Shown piece by piece: positions 28,654-38,121 of a DNA stretch of 64,000 nucleotides. The stretch lies in IMG/VR virus record IMGVR_UViG_3300009703_001822; one strand, written 5' to 3'. Position 1 is the stretch's first letter; each line of letters starts with the position of its first letter. The notes under the pieces were generated by a model. The model ran no database searches. It saw only the letters and a program-made list of their open reading frames with translations, and was not told the DNA's origin. This stretch comes from a virus. Both the position numbers and the translations under genes were made by a program.

Positions 28654-28972
28654 AATCTGGGAATCTAAAAACCCAGACAATGCGGATTTTCCTATGTGGC
28701 ATCCTGTAGGCAGTAATGAATATATTATTGGTTACATGGATATACCTGATGACGAGAAACCTCAGCTAGATCAAATAGCAGAATTCGTAAAAGAGTTCCA
28801 CCACATGCTACAGGGACAAACAAAACCTAATACTGTAGAAATATTCTCAGGTTATGAAGTTTATTTTAAAGACAGCTTAACACATAATGAAGCCTTTCAA
28901 TTACAAAACGGAGATACTATTGACTTCCCAGCAGAAGACGCAACTGTACTCGCGAAGCAAGGAGAATCATAG
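28622..28972 (+). CDS. Hypothetical protein
   Basis: GGAG RBS, 116 aa. Confidence 0.7.
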   Translation: MQSLKIVASTRIWESKNPDNADFPMWHPVGSNEYIIGYMDIPDDEKPQLDQIAEFVKEFHHMLQGQTKPNTVEIFSGYEVYFKDSLTHNEAFQLQNGDTIDFPAEDATVLAKQGES

Positions 28973-29699
28973 ATTAACTGTTGGTTATACCTACTTCGAA
29001 GAGCCAGATAGATTAAAACAACAGATTAAAATCTGGCAGCGTTGGCCTGCAAATGTTGATATATTTTTAGTAGATGATGGCTCAGAAATATTTCCTGCCA
29101 AGGATATAATAGATAGTCATTTACAGTTAGAAGATTGGCAACCTACATTTCAACTCTGGAAATGTACAAGAAATCTCGGATTTAATTCTCACGGTTGTAG
29201 AAATTTAATAGCAAAATACGCACAAACAGATATCATACAGTTTTTAGATATGGATATGTTTATGTATGAAGGTGATATTGCTAGACTTAAAAAAATTAAA
29301 TGGGAGTCTGATTATATTGCACATCATAGGGCATACAAATCATTTGATCAATTAGTATCTAATCACCCTGGACATTTTAATTGTTTTGCTACACATAAAG
29401 ATCTTTTTTGGAAAGCTGGTGGTTATGATGAGTCTTTTACAGGACATCATTATGGAGATAGAGAGTTTATAAACAGAATATATGCACAGGAACATAAAAA
29501 AGTTAAGACAGAAATAATAATTACATTAGATAGAAAGGGAAAACATGGCTCTGTAGACCATAGTGTAGACAAAACAGTATATGATTTAGGAGACGAGCTT
29601 TATTTTAAAACTCCTTTAAAAACTTCTGAAGTCAAAAAACTACGAGGTACAATAAAACAAAGGATAAACTTTCCTTTTATTAAATTAAAGGACTTATAA
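28920..29699 (+). CDS. GT-A fold glycosyltransferase (GT2/GT7-like)
   Basis: FLVDDGS, CRN, FLDMD, GGYDESF.GHHYGD; probable TTG start after GGAGA. Confidence 0.85.
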   Translation: MTSQQKTQLYSRSKENHRLTVGYTYFEEPDRLKQQIKIWQRWPANVDIFLVDDGSEIFPAKDIIDSHLQLEDWQPTFQLWKCTRNLGFNSHGCRNLIAKYAQTDIIQFLDMDMFMYEGDIARLKKIKWESDYIAHHRAYKSFDQLVSNHPGHFNCFATHKDLFWKAGGYDESFTGHHYGDREFINRIYAQEHKKVKTEIIITLDRKGKHGSVDHSVDKTVYDLGDELYFKTPLKTSEVKKLRGTIKQRINFPFIKLKDL

Positions 29700-29702
29700 A
29701 TA
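29695..29702 (+). promoter_or_regulatory. Late promoter 5 nt before ATG
   Basis: TATAAATA-CTGAT-ATG. Confidence 0.75.
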
Positions 29703-29707
29703 CTGAT

Positions 29708-30871
29708 ATGAGATTCAAGAACTTTTTAACAGAACAAGCAGCAGAAGAAGACAAGCTCAAGCACCTTGAACATGTCGAGGATCATGTTATTCACGCTGGT
29801 AAAGAAGGTTTTGGACATGCGTTTCATACATTAAATGATGTGCATAATGGATTACAAGGTAAGGGTTCTGGACAGACACAGACTACAATTAAATATGATG
29901 GCAGTCCTGCTGTAGTATTTGGTAAACACCCAGAAAATGGCAAGTTTTTTGTAGCGTCCAAATCAGCATTCAATAAAGATCCTAAGATTAATCATACACA
30001 CGAAGATATAGAGGCTAATCATGGACATGCACCTGGACTTGTTAAAAAGTTAAAAGGAGCATTAGACCACGCACATAAAATAGAGCCTGATGGTATATAT
30101 CAAGCAGATATAATGCACACAGAAGGTGATGTACAAAAGAAAGGTAATAGAGTAGAGTTTACACCTAATACTCTTACATATCATGCACCACATGACTCAG
30201 ATCATGGTAAAGCAGCTGCTAATTCTAAATTAGGACTAGCAGTACATACAAAATACGAAGGTAAGACTTTTGAAGGCTTGAAAGCTGTACATGGTGCTGT
30301 GGACCACAGTAACTTTAAAAAGCATAAAGATGTACACATGATGGACGCTAATCACGATACAAGCACTCATAGATACTCTATGGAGGACAGAAAACAAGTA
30401 GACCACCACTTACAACAAGCAGTAGGACACTTTAAAAATACCCCTGATGAGCACCACGAAACAATGCAGAAACACGCTGTGGCTAAGAAAGTATATATTA
30501 ACCACACTATAAGAACAGGCGAACAATACTCACATGAGGGTTTCGTAGCACATGCTAGTGCTAAACACCAGAAGAAGATAGATGGTGTTAAAACAGATGC
30601 AGCTAAAGCTAAGCATCAAACTACTAAAGATAACACTATAGGACATATAAATAAGAATAAAGAACACTTTGAAGGCCCTATGAATATGCACAAACATCTT
30701 CAAGCGGCAAAGAATATTATTACAAAGACGATGTCTCAGAAGTCCCAATGGGGACATGAAATAGCTGGGGCACCTAGTAAACCAGAAGGTTTTGTTGCCA
30801 TACGAAATGGCAGGCCTTCTAAATTTGTAGACAGGAGTGAATTTAGCGCTGCTAATTTCAACAAAGACTAA
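29708..30871 (+). CDS. His-rich ligase-like nucleotidyltransferase (DUF6267-like) with capsid-targeting-like N-terminus
   Basis: MRFKNFLTE; motif I-like KYDG, motif IV-like EGFV, motif V-like KFVDR. Confidence 0.65.
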   Translation: MRFKNFLTEQAAEEDKLKHLEHVEDHVIHAGKEGFGHAFHTLNDVHNGLQGKGSGQTQTTIKYDGSPAVVFGKHPENGKFFVASKSAFNKDPKINHTHEDIEANHGHAPGLVKKLKGALDHAHKIEPDGIYQADIMHTEGDVQKKGNRVEFTPNTLTYHAPHDSDHGKAAANSKLGLAVHTKYEGKTFEGLKAVHGAVDHSNFKKHKDVHMMDANHDTSTHRYSMEDRKQVDHHLQQAVGHFKNTPDEHHETMQKHAVAKKVYINHTIRTGEQYSHEGFVAHASAKHQKKIDGVKTDAAKAKHQTTKDNTIGHINKNKEHFEGPMNMHKHLQAAKNIITKTMSQKSQWGHEIAGAPSKPEGFVAIRNGRPSKFVDRSEFSAANFNKD

Positions 30872-30882
30872 GGAGAAAAGAC

Positions 30883-30936
30883 ATGCAAAGTAAATGTAAA
30901 TGCTGTAAATGTTGTACTTGCACTTGTTGTGGATAA
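30883..30936 (+). CDS. 17-aa Cys-rich peptide (not in ORF track)
   Basis: AAGGAG RBS, MQSKCKCCKCCTCTCCG, TAA directly followed by the nfuA ATG. Confidence 0.7.
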   Translation: MQSKCKCCKCCTCTCCG

Positions 30937-31542
30937 ATGAATATTACAGTAACAGACACAGCGATAACTTTTTTAAAGAATCTGGTTGAATCTCAGAATC
31001 TTCAAGATCCTAAAGGTGACAGGACGAATATTCTATTACAAGTAGATAATCCTGGCACACCTCAGGCAGAAGTAACGCTATCTTATTTGAAAGAGTCTGA
31101 GAAAGGTGATAGAAATATTATAAACTATGATGGTTTTGATTTATATGTAGAACCTAAACATGAAAAATATTTAGACGAGTGTATTCTTAATCATTCAGAG
31201 GATACATATGGTGGCTCACTAACTATTAAAGCACCCAATTCTAAAGTATCTAAATTAGATGAAAATTCTACTTTAGAAGAAAAAGTTAATTATTATCTTA
31301 CTAATGATATAAATCCTATGTTAGCAATGCACGGCGGACAAGTTCAACTTTATGAGATAACAAAAGAAAAACAAGCAGTATTACAATTTGGCGGAGGTTG
31401 CCAAGGTTGTAGCGCAGTAGATATGACATTAACTCAAGGAATAGAAGAAGTATTACTAGGGAAAGTTCCTGAAATAACAGGAATATTAGATATGACAGAT
31501 CATAGTTTGGGACAAAATCCCTATTACCAGGGAGCATATTAA
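30937..31542 (+). CDS. nfuA: Fe-S biogenesis protein NfuA
   Basis: ITVTDTA, NPGTPQAE, LTIKAPNSK, INPMLAMHGG, FGGGCQGC, DMTDHS.GQNPYY. Confidence 0.92.
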   Translation: MNITVTDTAITFLKNLVESQNLQDPKGDRTNILLQVDNPGTPQAEVTLSYLKESEKGDRNIINYDGFDLYVEPKHEKYLDECILNHSEDTYGGSLTIKAPNSKVSKLDENSTLEEKVNYYLTNDINPMLAMHGGQVQLYEITKEKQAVLQFGGGCQGCSAVDMTLTQGIEEVLLGKVPEITGILDMTDHSLGQNPYYQGAY

Positions 31543-32402
31543 TGGCAGAAGATAAGCACATAGTATTTTCATATGGTAGGATGAATCCTCCTACTGCTGG
31601 CCACTCTAAAGTCGTGGACAAAGTAAAGTCTCACGCGGATAAGATTGGTGCAAATCATGCTGTGGTTGTTAGTCATTCACAAAACAATAAAACAGATCCT
31701 TTACATCACGAGCACAAAAAAGAGTATTTAAGACATGTTCATCCTGATGTAAACTTTGAACATTCTACAAAAGAACACCCACATTTCTTAGCACAACTTA
31801 AGAAATTTAATCATGAAGGCCATACACACGCAACAATGGTTGTAGGTAGTGATAGAGTAAAACAGTTTAAGTCATTAGCTCATAAATATAATGGCAAAGA
31901 GTATAATTATAAAAAGATACATATCTTGTCAGCAGGACAGAGAGATCCTGATGCTGAGGGAGTTGCAGGTATAAGTGGAACAAAGATGAGAGCACATGCT
32001 AGTGGCAATGACTTTAAATCTTTTAAATCGGGATTACACCCAAATCATAGTGATGATCATGCCAAAAAACTATACAAAGCAACACGACAAGGTATGAACT
32101 TACAGAAGGAAGAAGTAGGCATGTTAGATTTTCATAAGTTTTTATTAAAAGAAGACATGGAAGGAATGTCTCAGAAATCTGGAGACAAAAGAAGTACAGA
32201 AAGTGGTGCTGGTATGACGGCTCAAGGAGTAGCCAAGTATAATAGACGAACAGGTGGTAATCTAAAAACAGCAGTAACTACACCACCAAGTAAACTTAAA
32301 AAAGGCAGTAAAGCAGCAGGAAGGCGTAAGTCTTTTTGTGCTAGGTCCAAAGGTTGGACAGGCGAGAGAGGCAAAGCTGCTAGGCGGAGGTGGAATTGTT
32401 AA
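31542..32402 (+). CDS. HIGH-family nucleotidyltransferase fused to a basic C-terminal module
   Basis: YGRMNPPTAGH, VVGSDR, SAGQRDPD, SGTKMR; C-terminal RRKSFCARS...RRRWNC. Confidence 0.8.
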   Translation: MAEDKHIVFSYGRMNPPTAGHSKVVDKVKSHADKIGANHAVVVSHSQNNKTDPLHHEHKKEYLRHVHPDVNFEHSTKEHPHFLAQLKKFNHEGHTHATMVVGSDRVKQFKSLAHKYNGKEYNYKKIHILSAGQRDPDAEGVAGISGTKMRAHASGNDFKSFKSGLHPNHSDDHAKKLYKATRQGMNLQKEEVGMLDFHKFLLKEDMEGMSQKSGDKRSTESGAGMTAQGVAKYNRRTGGNLKTAVTTPPSKLKKGSKAAGRRKSFCARSKGWTGERGKAARRRWNC

Positions 32403-32665
32403 TTCTAGTAAAATTAGGTATAGCATGTGTAACAGCAGTATTTGGAAACGCATTTAGTAAGTGGTTTCTTAACACAAAAGCAGGCGCATGGTTCCAAAAG
32501 AAATTAGATTCTGTTTTGGAATTCCTACAAAAAAGATATGATATAGAAATTGCTAAGAAAGAAGTAAAGTGGAGAAGAGATTATCCACTACTAGCAAAAA
32601 GAATAGATAAACTTGAGGCTAAAATAGAAGGCTATGAAGAATGGAAGAAGGCTTTAGATGAGTAA
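32390..32665 (+). CDS. Hypothetical membrane-anchored protein
   Basis: N-terminal hydrophobic helix; WRRDYPLLAKRIDKLE. Confidence 0.65.
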   Translation: MELLILVKLGIACVTAVFGNAFSKWFLNTKAGAWFQKKLDSVLEFLQKRYDIEIAKKEVKWRRDYPLLAKRIDKLEAKIEGYEEWKKALDE

Positions 32666-33029
32666 AATATTAATAGGCATTATTGTAGCAATGGTCCTTG
32701 CCTTTGGTGGGTATTATTGGCTGACAGAAAAAAGACTTTCTACTCTAACTGAGAATAATGCTAAATTAACTATTGCGGCAAGAACAAACCAGGATACAAT
32801 AGACAAACTTACACAAGATTACGAACAACAACAAGAGCTAAATTCAGAACTTAAAGTAAAACTTACAGCAGCAGAAGCTTATGGTGATGAATTAGCAAAG
32901 AAATTTAGAGAACATGATTTAACATTATTAACCTTAAGAAAGCCAGGGTTAATTGAACGGAGAGTGAATAGTGCAACACAAAAGATTCTTGACGATCTCG
33001 AGTCTAGTACTGCTACTAGCATTGACTAG
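32658..33029 (+). CDS. Inner-membrane spanin (Rz-like)
   Basis: N-terminal TM plus coiled coil, KPGLIERRVN, overlaps a lipoprotein gene. Confidence 0.75.
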   Translation: MSKILIGIIVAMVLAFGGYYWLTEKRLSTLTENNAKLTIAARTNQDTIDKLTQDYEQQQELNSELKVKLTAAEAYGDELAKKFREHDLTLLTLRKPGLIERRVNSATQKILDDLESSTATSID

Positions 33030-33369
33030 TGGTTGTAGTCTTATACCTAAACAGGTAGAAGTACAAACTAAATTCGTAGAAAAGCAAATACCAATACAAG
33101 GGCATCCTAAAGGATTAAATTTATTTCCTTTACAGTTTTATGCTGTTACTGAGGAAAATTTTGAAGAATTTAAAGCTAATTTTGAGAAAGAAAACGGTGG
33201 TAGATTAGTTTATTTTGCTATGAGTGTACCTGATTATGAGAATTTATCCCTTAATATAGGCGAATTAAAGCGATATATAGAACAACAGAAGACTATTATA
33301 GTATATTACGAACAGTCTATTACAGGTATTAAAGCAGAAGTTTCAATAGAAGAGAAAGTAAAAGATTAA
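32971..33369 (+). CDS. Outer-membrane lipoprotein spanin (Rz1-like)
   Basis: Lipobox LTSGC, Pro-containing segment, overlaps the i-spanin gene. Confidence 0.75.
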   Translation: MQHKRFLTISSLVLLLALTSGCSLIPKQVEVQTKFVEKQIPIQGHPKGLNLFPLQFYAVTEENFEEFKANFEKENGGRLVYFAMSVPDYENLSLNIGELKRYIEQQKTIIVYYEQSITGIKAEVSIEEKVKD

Positions 33370-33374
33370 ATCCT

Positions 33375-33382
33375 TATAAATA
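33375..33382 (+). promoter_or_regulatory. Late promoter 5 nt before ATG
   Basis: TATAAATA-AGAAT-ATG. Confidence 0.75.
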
Positions 33383-33387
33383 AGAAT

Positions 33388-34872
33388 ATGAAGACTTTTA
33401 ATACATTTCGAGAAGACTTAGCATCCGGCAGACCTGCCAAAAAACCAGTATCTAGTAATCTATTAAAACAAAGAGCTAGAGACAACGAAAAGGCTATGAA
33501 GTCAGGTTTTATGAAAATGCCTGATTATGTTAAAAAGAAGTTTAATGAGGAAGAAGAATACGAACCTCATTACATGTATAAGGGTGATAAAAAGGTTCAC
33601 GCTAAGAAAAAAGAAGATCACGATAAATTAAAAGCACAAGGTTACGATCACGACGACCCTAAAACTAAAAAAGTAGAAGAATCAACAAGAGATAAATACA
33701 ATCCTAAAATATCAGATTTAAGGAACAAAGAAAAAATGAAAAAAGTAGGTTTACCAGCAGGTAAAGGTCCTTTAGTAAGTGAAGACGAAAATATATTAGA
33801 AGTATCAGATCATCTTAAAACAAGATATATTCATAAGTCTATGAGAGATATAGACACTAAAGAAAGAGCTTCACAATTAGCAGACAAACAAGGCGCACCT
33901 GCTAGTGTAGGTAAATCATTAAGTAAGTCTACAGGCAAAAGGCGTAAAGGTATTGCACGAGCAAGAAAAGATTTAATAAAACCTGCTACAAATAGAGCAG
34001 GCAACAGCGCTGTTCAAGAGGCTAAGAAACCTGTAGTACATAGTGATAAACCAGATAGTCTTAAAATGGTTAAAATTAAATACAATAAACCTATTAAAAC
34101 AAAAGTAACAGATATAGGACCTGGCGGAAAAGAAGTAGTTAGAAAAAACTTTGATGAAGAAAAACAAAAAGGTATCGACGGCAAAGTATGTTGGGACGGT
34201 TACAAAAGAATGGGCACCAAAAAGAAAGGTGGCAAGACTGTAGATAATTGTGTTAAGGCAGAAGACTATGTAATAGACGCTATTGAGAACTATTACTTAA
34301 CAGAACTATCTCCTAAAACAATTAGTTCTTATCAGAAGAAAGCAGGTAAGGAATACAGCGATCTTAAAAAGTCTACAATGTCAGCAACTTCAAGAGAAGG
34401 CGGTTACCACAAAGGTTACATCTCACAAAAAGAATACGACTCACAACATGATATGGCTGCTAAGAAAAGACAGCGAGGTAAAGGCCTAGCAATGTCTAAA
34501 GGTAAAGGCGTACAGAAAGAAGGCGCAATGAAAAGAATGGCAACTGATAAAGAGGAAAGTGAAAGACTAAGCGCTTCTAAAGGAACATTCCCAGGTAATG
34601 ATTTAGCAACATTTAAAAAGAAAACTAAGTCAGTACACAATGCTAATAAAGCACTCACTAGAGAAGAACAAATACAGTTAATGACTAACTTAGATTTAGA
34701 TGAGAGTATCGGTAATCTAGTTAGACGAGGTGTAGGTAAAGTTCAAGATGCTATTAAACAAGCAGAAAAGAAACATGGACCTGTAGATCCTTCAAAAAGA
34801 AATATTCCTAATCCTGTGTCAGGCGATAATATAGCCAAAAGACTCTACGGAAAATCTCAAAAAAAAAGATAG
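33388..34872 (+). CDS. Lys-rich modular internal head protein (N-terminal part)
   Basis: MKTFNTFRE resembles the T4 IP capsid-targeting sequence; repeated Glu-ending boundaries; CWDGYKRMGTKKKGGKTVDNCV module. Confidence 0.65.
   Translation: MKTFNTFREDLASGRPAKKPVSSNLLKQRARDNEKAMKSGFMKMPDYVKKKFNEEEEYEPHYMYKGDKKVHAKKKEDHDKLKAQGYDHDDPKTKKVEESTRDKYNPKISDLRNKEKMKKVGLPAGKGPLVSEDENILEVSDHLKTRYIHKSMRDIDTKERASQLADKQGAPASVGKSLSKSTGKRRKGIARARKDLIKPATNRAGNSAVQEAKKPVVHSDKPDSLKMVKIKYNKPIKTKVTDIGPGGKEVVRKNFDEEKQKGIDGKVCWDGYKRMGTKKKGGKTVDNCVKAEDYVIDAIENYYLTELSPKTISSYQKKAGKEYSDLKKSTMSATSREGGYHKGYISQKEYDSQHDMAAKKRQRGKGLAMSKGKGVQKEGAMKRMATDKEESERLSASKGTFPGNDLATFKKKTKSVHNANKALTREEQIQLMTNLDLDESIGNLVRRGVGKVQDAIKQAEKKHGPVDPSKRNIPNPVSGDNIAKRLYGKSQKKR
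34860..34866 (+). other. A AAA AAA -1 slippery heptamer within an A9 run
   Basis: In frame one codon before the TAG; the -1 frame is open into ORF 34908. Confidence 0.55.
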
Positions 34873-34907
34873 ATGAAGTAGCACCACCTTCTGCCAAGGC
34901 AGAAAGG

Positions 34908-36491
34908 ATGGTTAAACACATCAAGAAAAACTACGCCAAAGACGGCAAACTAACAGACAACGAAAAATCTATAGCATACGCTACTGCCTGGAAGCATCAT
35001 AACGAAGAAACAGAACATACTACTCATGCTAAAGATGTAGTAAAAGTAGGTAAGGATACAATTAAAATACCTAAGTCTGCAAAGAAAGATCTAGACAAAA
35101 TATCCAAAGCAAAAGATAAAAATTGGTGGAAAGATCAAGACAAAGCAGGTTATGTGGGAGAAGGCCTATTAAAACAGTTTGAGCCTGAATATTCAGAAGC
35201 TAAAAGACGAGTAGGAAATAAAATTAGAGGCAAGTTAGGAATTAAAAAGAAACCTGATTTGGATTGGAAAAAAGACAGAGGCATAAAAGAAGACGCAAGA
35301 TATAAAGCAGCAATGGGTCCTGGTTCTATGGAATGGGGAACAGATGTAGGTGATAAGTATTTTAGAAGTCTTACACCAGGACAATCTCCTGATAATAGAA
35401 AGTCATTAGTTAAACCTTTACCCATAAAAGCAAGAAAACCTGAAGATGAGAAGGGTGTTAAGATAACAGAAGGAGTTATTGGTGGTGCAGTAGGAGGTGT
35501 TATAGGTGCTAAAGTAGGCGGAATACCTGGTATGGTAAAAGGTGCCAAAATAGGCTCAGCAGTAGGTGACGCAGCAACAGTTGCAGCAGCAGGATATGGT
35601 GCATACAAAGCAGGCAAAGGTGTATATAAAGCAGGTAAAGCTGTAGGCAAAGGTGTTAAGAAAGTAAAAGATAAAGTCACGGGTAAAAAAGAAGTTAAAG
35701 AGGATATGTCTCCTGCAGAAAAATCCAAACATGAATATCCTATTAATAACGAAATAGAAACATTTGATAAGGGAGATAAAGATCACTGGCTTACAGGTAA
35801 AGATGGTGATTGGTATATAGAACAAATAGATGTTATAGAGTTAGAAAGAGAAATAGAAAACTATACATTTGATAATGCTGTTGACGACGGATTGTATGAT
35901 GAAGACGAACTTACAATGGATGATTTCGACAATACTCCTGGATTTGAAAATGAAATACAAATAACTGAGGCATTATCTGTACAGGGTAGATTAAAAAGAC
36001 GATTTAATGCTAGGCGTAATAAACAAAAATTAAAAGTAGCAAGGCGTATAGCATTACGAAGAGGATCTACTCCTGATAGATTAAAAAGGAGAGCAACCAG
36101 AGGTGCAAGGCTTATGGTTTACAAACGACTCCTTAGAGGTAGAGACAGGGCTGGATTACCACCAGCAGAGAAGGCTCGTTTGGAAAGAATGATACAAAGA
36201 TTCCAACCACTTGTTAGTCGTATATCTGTTAAACTACTTCCTCAGATGAGAAAGAACGAAATCAAACGACTTGTTGGTAGAGGTAGAATAAAAGCTAAAT
36301 CTAGTAAAAAGTTTAAAGCAGCTAAAGCAGTTAAGAGTGCTTCACAAAAGAGAACGAAGAAGTTTAAAATACCTAAGAAAGGTTATAAGGCACCTAAAAG
36401 GAAAGTAGCTAAACCTAAATATGCATCTGGTGGTCCTACACTTAAAAGGAAATCGAAAGCCTACAAAGCCTTTTCATATTCAGTCGGATAA
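34908..36491 (+). CDS. Lys/Arg-rich modular internal head protein (C-terminal part)
   Basis: IAYATAWK module, glycine-zipper segment, basic C-terminus; frame is open back to the A-run. Confidence 0.65.
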   Translation: MVKHIKKNYAKDGKLTDNEKSIAYATAWKHHNEETEHTTHAKDVVKVGKDTIKIPKSAKKDLDKISKAKDKNWWKDQDKAGYVGEGLLKQFEPEYSEAKRRVGNKIRGKLGIKKKPDLDWKKDRGIKEDARYKAAMGPGSMEWGTDVGDKYFRSLTPGQSPDNRKSLVKPLPIKARKPEDEKGVKITEGVIGGAVGGVIGAKVGGIPGMVKGAKIGSAVGDAATVAAAGYGAYKAGKGVYKAGKAVGKGVKKVKDKVTGKKEVKEDMSPAEKSKHEYPINNEIETFDKGDKDHWLTGKDGDWYIEQIDVIELEREIENYTFDNAVDDGLYDEDELTMDDFDNTPGFENEIQITEALSVQGRLKRRFNARRNKQKLKVARRIALRRGSTPDRLKRRATRGARLMVYKRLLRGRDRAGLPPAEKARLERMIQRFQPLVSRISVKLLPQMRKNEIKRLVGRGRIKAKSSKKFKAAKAVKSASQKRTKKFKIPKKGYKAPKRKVAKPKYASGGPTLKRKSKAYKAFSYSVG

Positions 36492-36511
36492 TAACTTACA
36501 TAAATACAAAT

Positions 36512-38083
36512 ATGAACCACGGTATTATATTAGGTGGTGTGGTTGACTATTATTATGACTCCATAAAAAGAGCGCCTGGCGCACATAAAATAGCAACACA
36601 TCTTCGTAGGGAAGGCTGGAATGTTGAAGTTCTAGATTTTGTTCAGTCTTGGACATTAGAAGAACTACAAGAATTTGCTAGACAAAGAGTAACAAACAAA
36701 ACAAAATTCCTAGGCCTTTCTGCTACATTCTCCATTAGATTTAAAAATTTATTTGAATTTGTAAGATGGTTCAAAAAAGAATATCCTGATGTTATAATAG
36801 TAGGTGGTTCTCAAGCATTTCATAATACACAAGGATTACCCTTAGACTATATGGTACATGGTTACGGAGAATTAGCTATGAGTGCTATTCTTAAGGGTGA
36901 TGTAAAATATACAGAACATAAATGGCTCAACGGACATACATTTAGACGAGTAGATGCTACACATAATTATATGGCAGCTCGTATGAAGAACTTATCTACG
37001 CATTACGAGGAAAGGGACTATATAGCACCACAGGAGGTCCTTACAGTAGAGTTTGGTCGTGGGTGTATATTTAATTGCCACTTCTGTACACTAACATATA
37101 GGAACATTAAAGACGATCACAGCAGGTCTGAGGACAACTTATACACAGAATTATTAGAAAACTATGAGAAGTGGGGTACTACAAACTACTCTATATCAGA
37201 TGAAACAGTAAATGATTATACAGAAAAACTAGAAAGATTTGCTGGTTCTATTAGAAAGTTACCATTTAAACCTAATTGTGCAGGTTATATTCGTGGAGAC
37301 TTATTAGTACATAAACAAAAAGACTGGCAAGCAATCGAGGACATAGGATTGAATACACAATTTTATGGTATAGAATCCTTTAATACACCTTCAGCAAAGT
37401 CTGTAGGTAAAGGTATGCAGTCAGGTAAACTACAAGATGGTTTACTAGAATATAAAGAACACATGAAAAGTAAAGGACACTTTCAAGCACATTTAAGTCT
37501 AATAGCAGGACTACCACATGAAACTTTAGATACATTAAGAGAAACAAAAGCCTGGATAGAAGAAAATTGGGTAGGACAATCTTCTCAAATTATGCCTTTA
37601 TGGATACCTGATCAACACAGACCTTATGAAGAACAAAGTAGATTTGCAATGGACCCTGGTAAATATGGATATACAAAAACAACAATGGCAGAGTCTAGTA
37701 ATGGACATTGGGAGGACGGACCTCAAGGTAGATTCGGAAACTTATATAGAGGTATAAAACATAGAGAAGATAACCAAGAAGGCAAAGTAATATACAATAC
37801 AGAAGAGAGTACATTTCAAGAGGAAATGTCCTTTATGAACTGGAAAAGTGATACTCTTAACCTATATCAAATATTAGAGTACTTAGAACATGAATGGTAT
37901 ATAGACAGTAAACAACTAAAAAGCGAACCTCCTTTGCCATTCTCATATCACAATTGGTTAATAGATTCTAAATACAAATGGGAAGATATGAAAACACCTA
38001 AAGATGAATTAGATTTGCCTAAGGAATTAGCAGCTAACTTTATAACTGATTATAAAAAGAAAAAATTAGGATTGACTTCTTAA
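36512..38083 (+). CDS. Cobalamin-binding-type radical SAM enzyme (paralog 2)
   Basis: EFGRGCIFNCHFC, IIVGG, ISDET, GIESF, IAGLPHET; CATAAATA-N5-ATG. Confidence 0.85.
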   Translation: MNHGIILGGVVDYYYDSIKRAPGAHKIATHLRREGWNVEVLDFVQSWTLEELQEFARQRVTNKTKFLGLSATFSIRFKNLFEFVRWFKKEYPDVIIVGGSQAFHNTQGLPLDYMVHGYGELAMSAILKGDVKYTEHKWLNGHTFRRVDATHNYMAARMKNLSTHYEERDYIAPQEVLTVEFGRGCIFNCHFCTLTYRNIKDDHSRSEDNLYTELLENYEKWGTTNYSISDETVNDYTEKLERFAGSIRKLPFKPNCAGYIRGDLLVHKQKDWQAIEDIGLNTQFYGIESFNTPSAKSVGKGMQSGKLQDGLLEYKEHMKSKGHFQAHLSLIAGLPHETLDTLRETKAWIEENWVGQSSQIMPLWIPDQHRPYEEQSRFAMDPGKYGYTKTTMAESSNGHWEDGPQGRFGNLYRGIKHREDNQEGKVIYNTEESTFQEEMSFMNWKSDTLNLYQILEYLEHEWYIDSKQLKSEPPLPFSYHNWLIDSKYKWEDMKTPKDELDLPKELAANFITDYKKKKLGLTS

Positions 38084-38087
38084 TTTG

Positions 38088-38095
38088 TATAAATA
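38088..38095 (+). promoter_or_regulatory. T4-type late promoter
   Basis: TATAAATA. Confidence 0.75.
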
Positions 38096-38121
38096 CCAGT
38101 GTAACTTAAAAGAAGTGTAAT

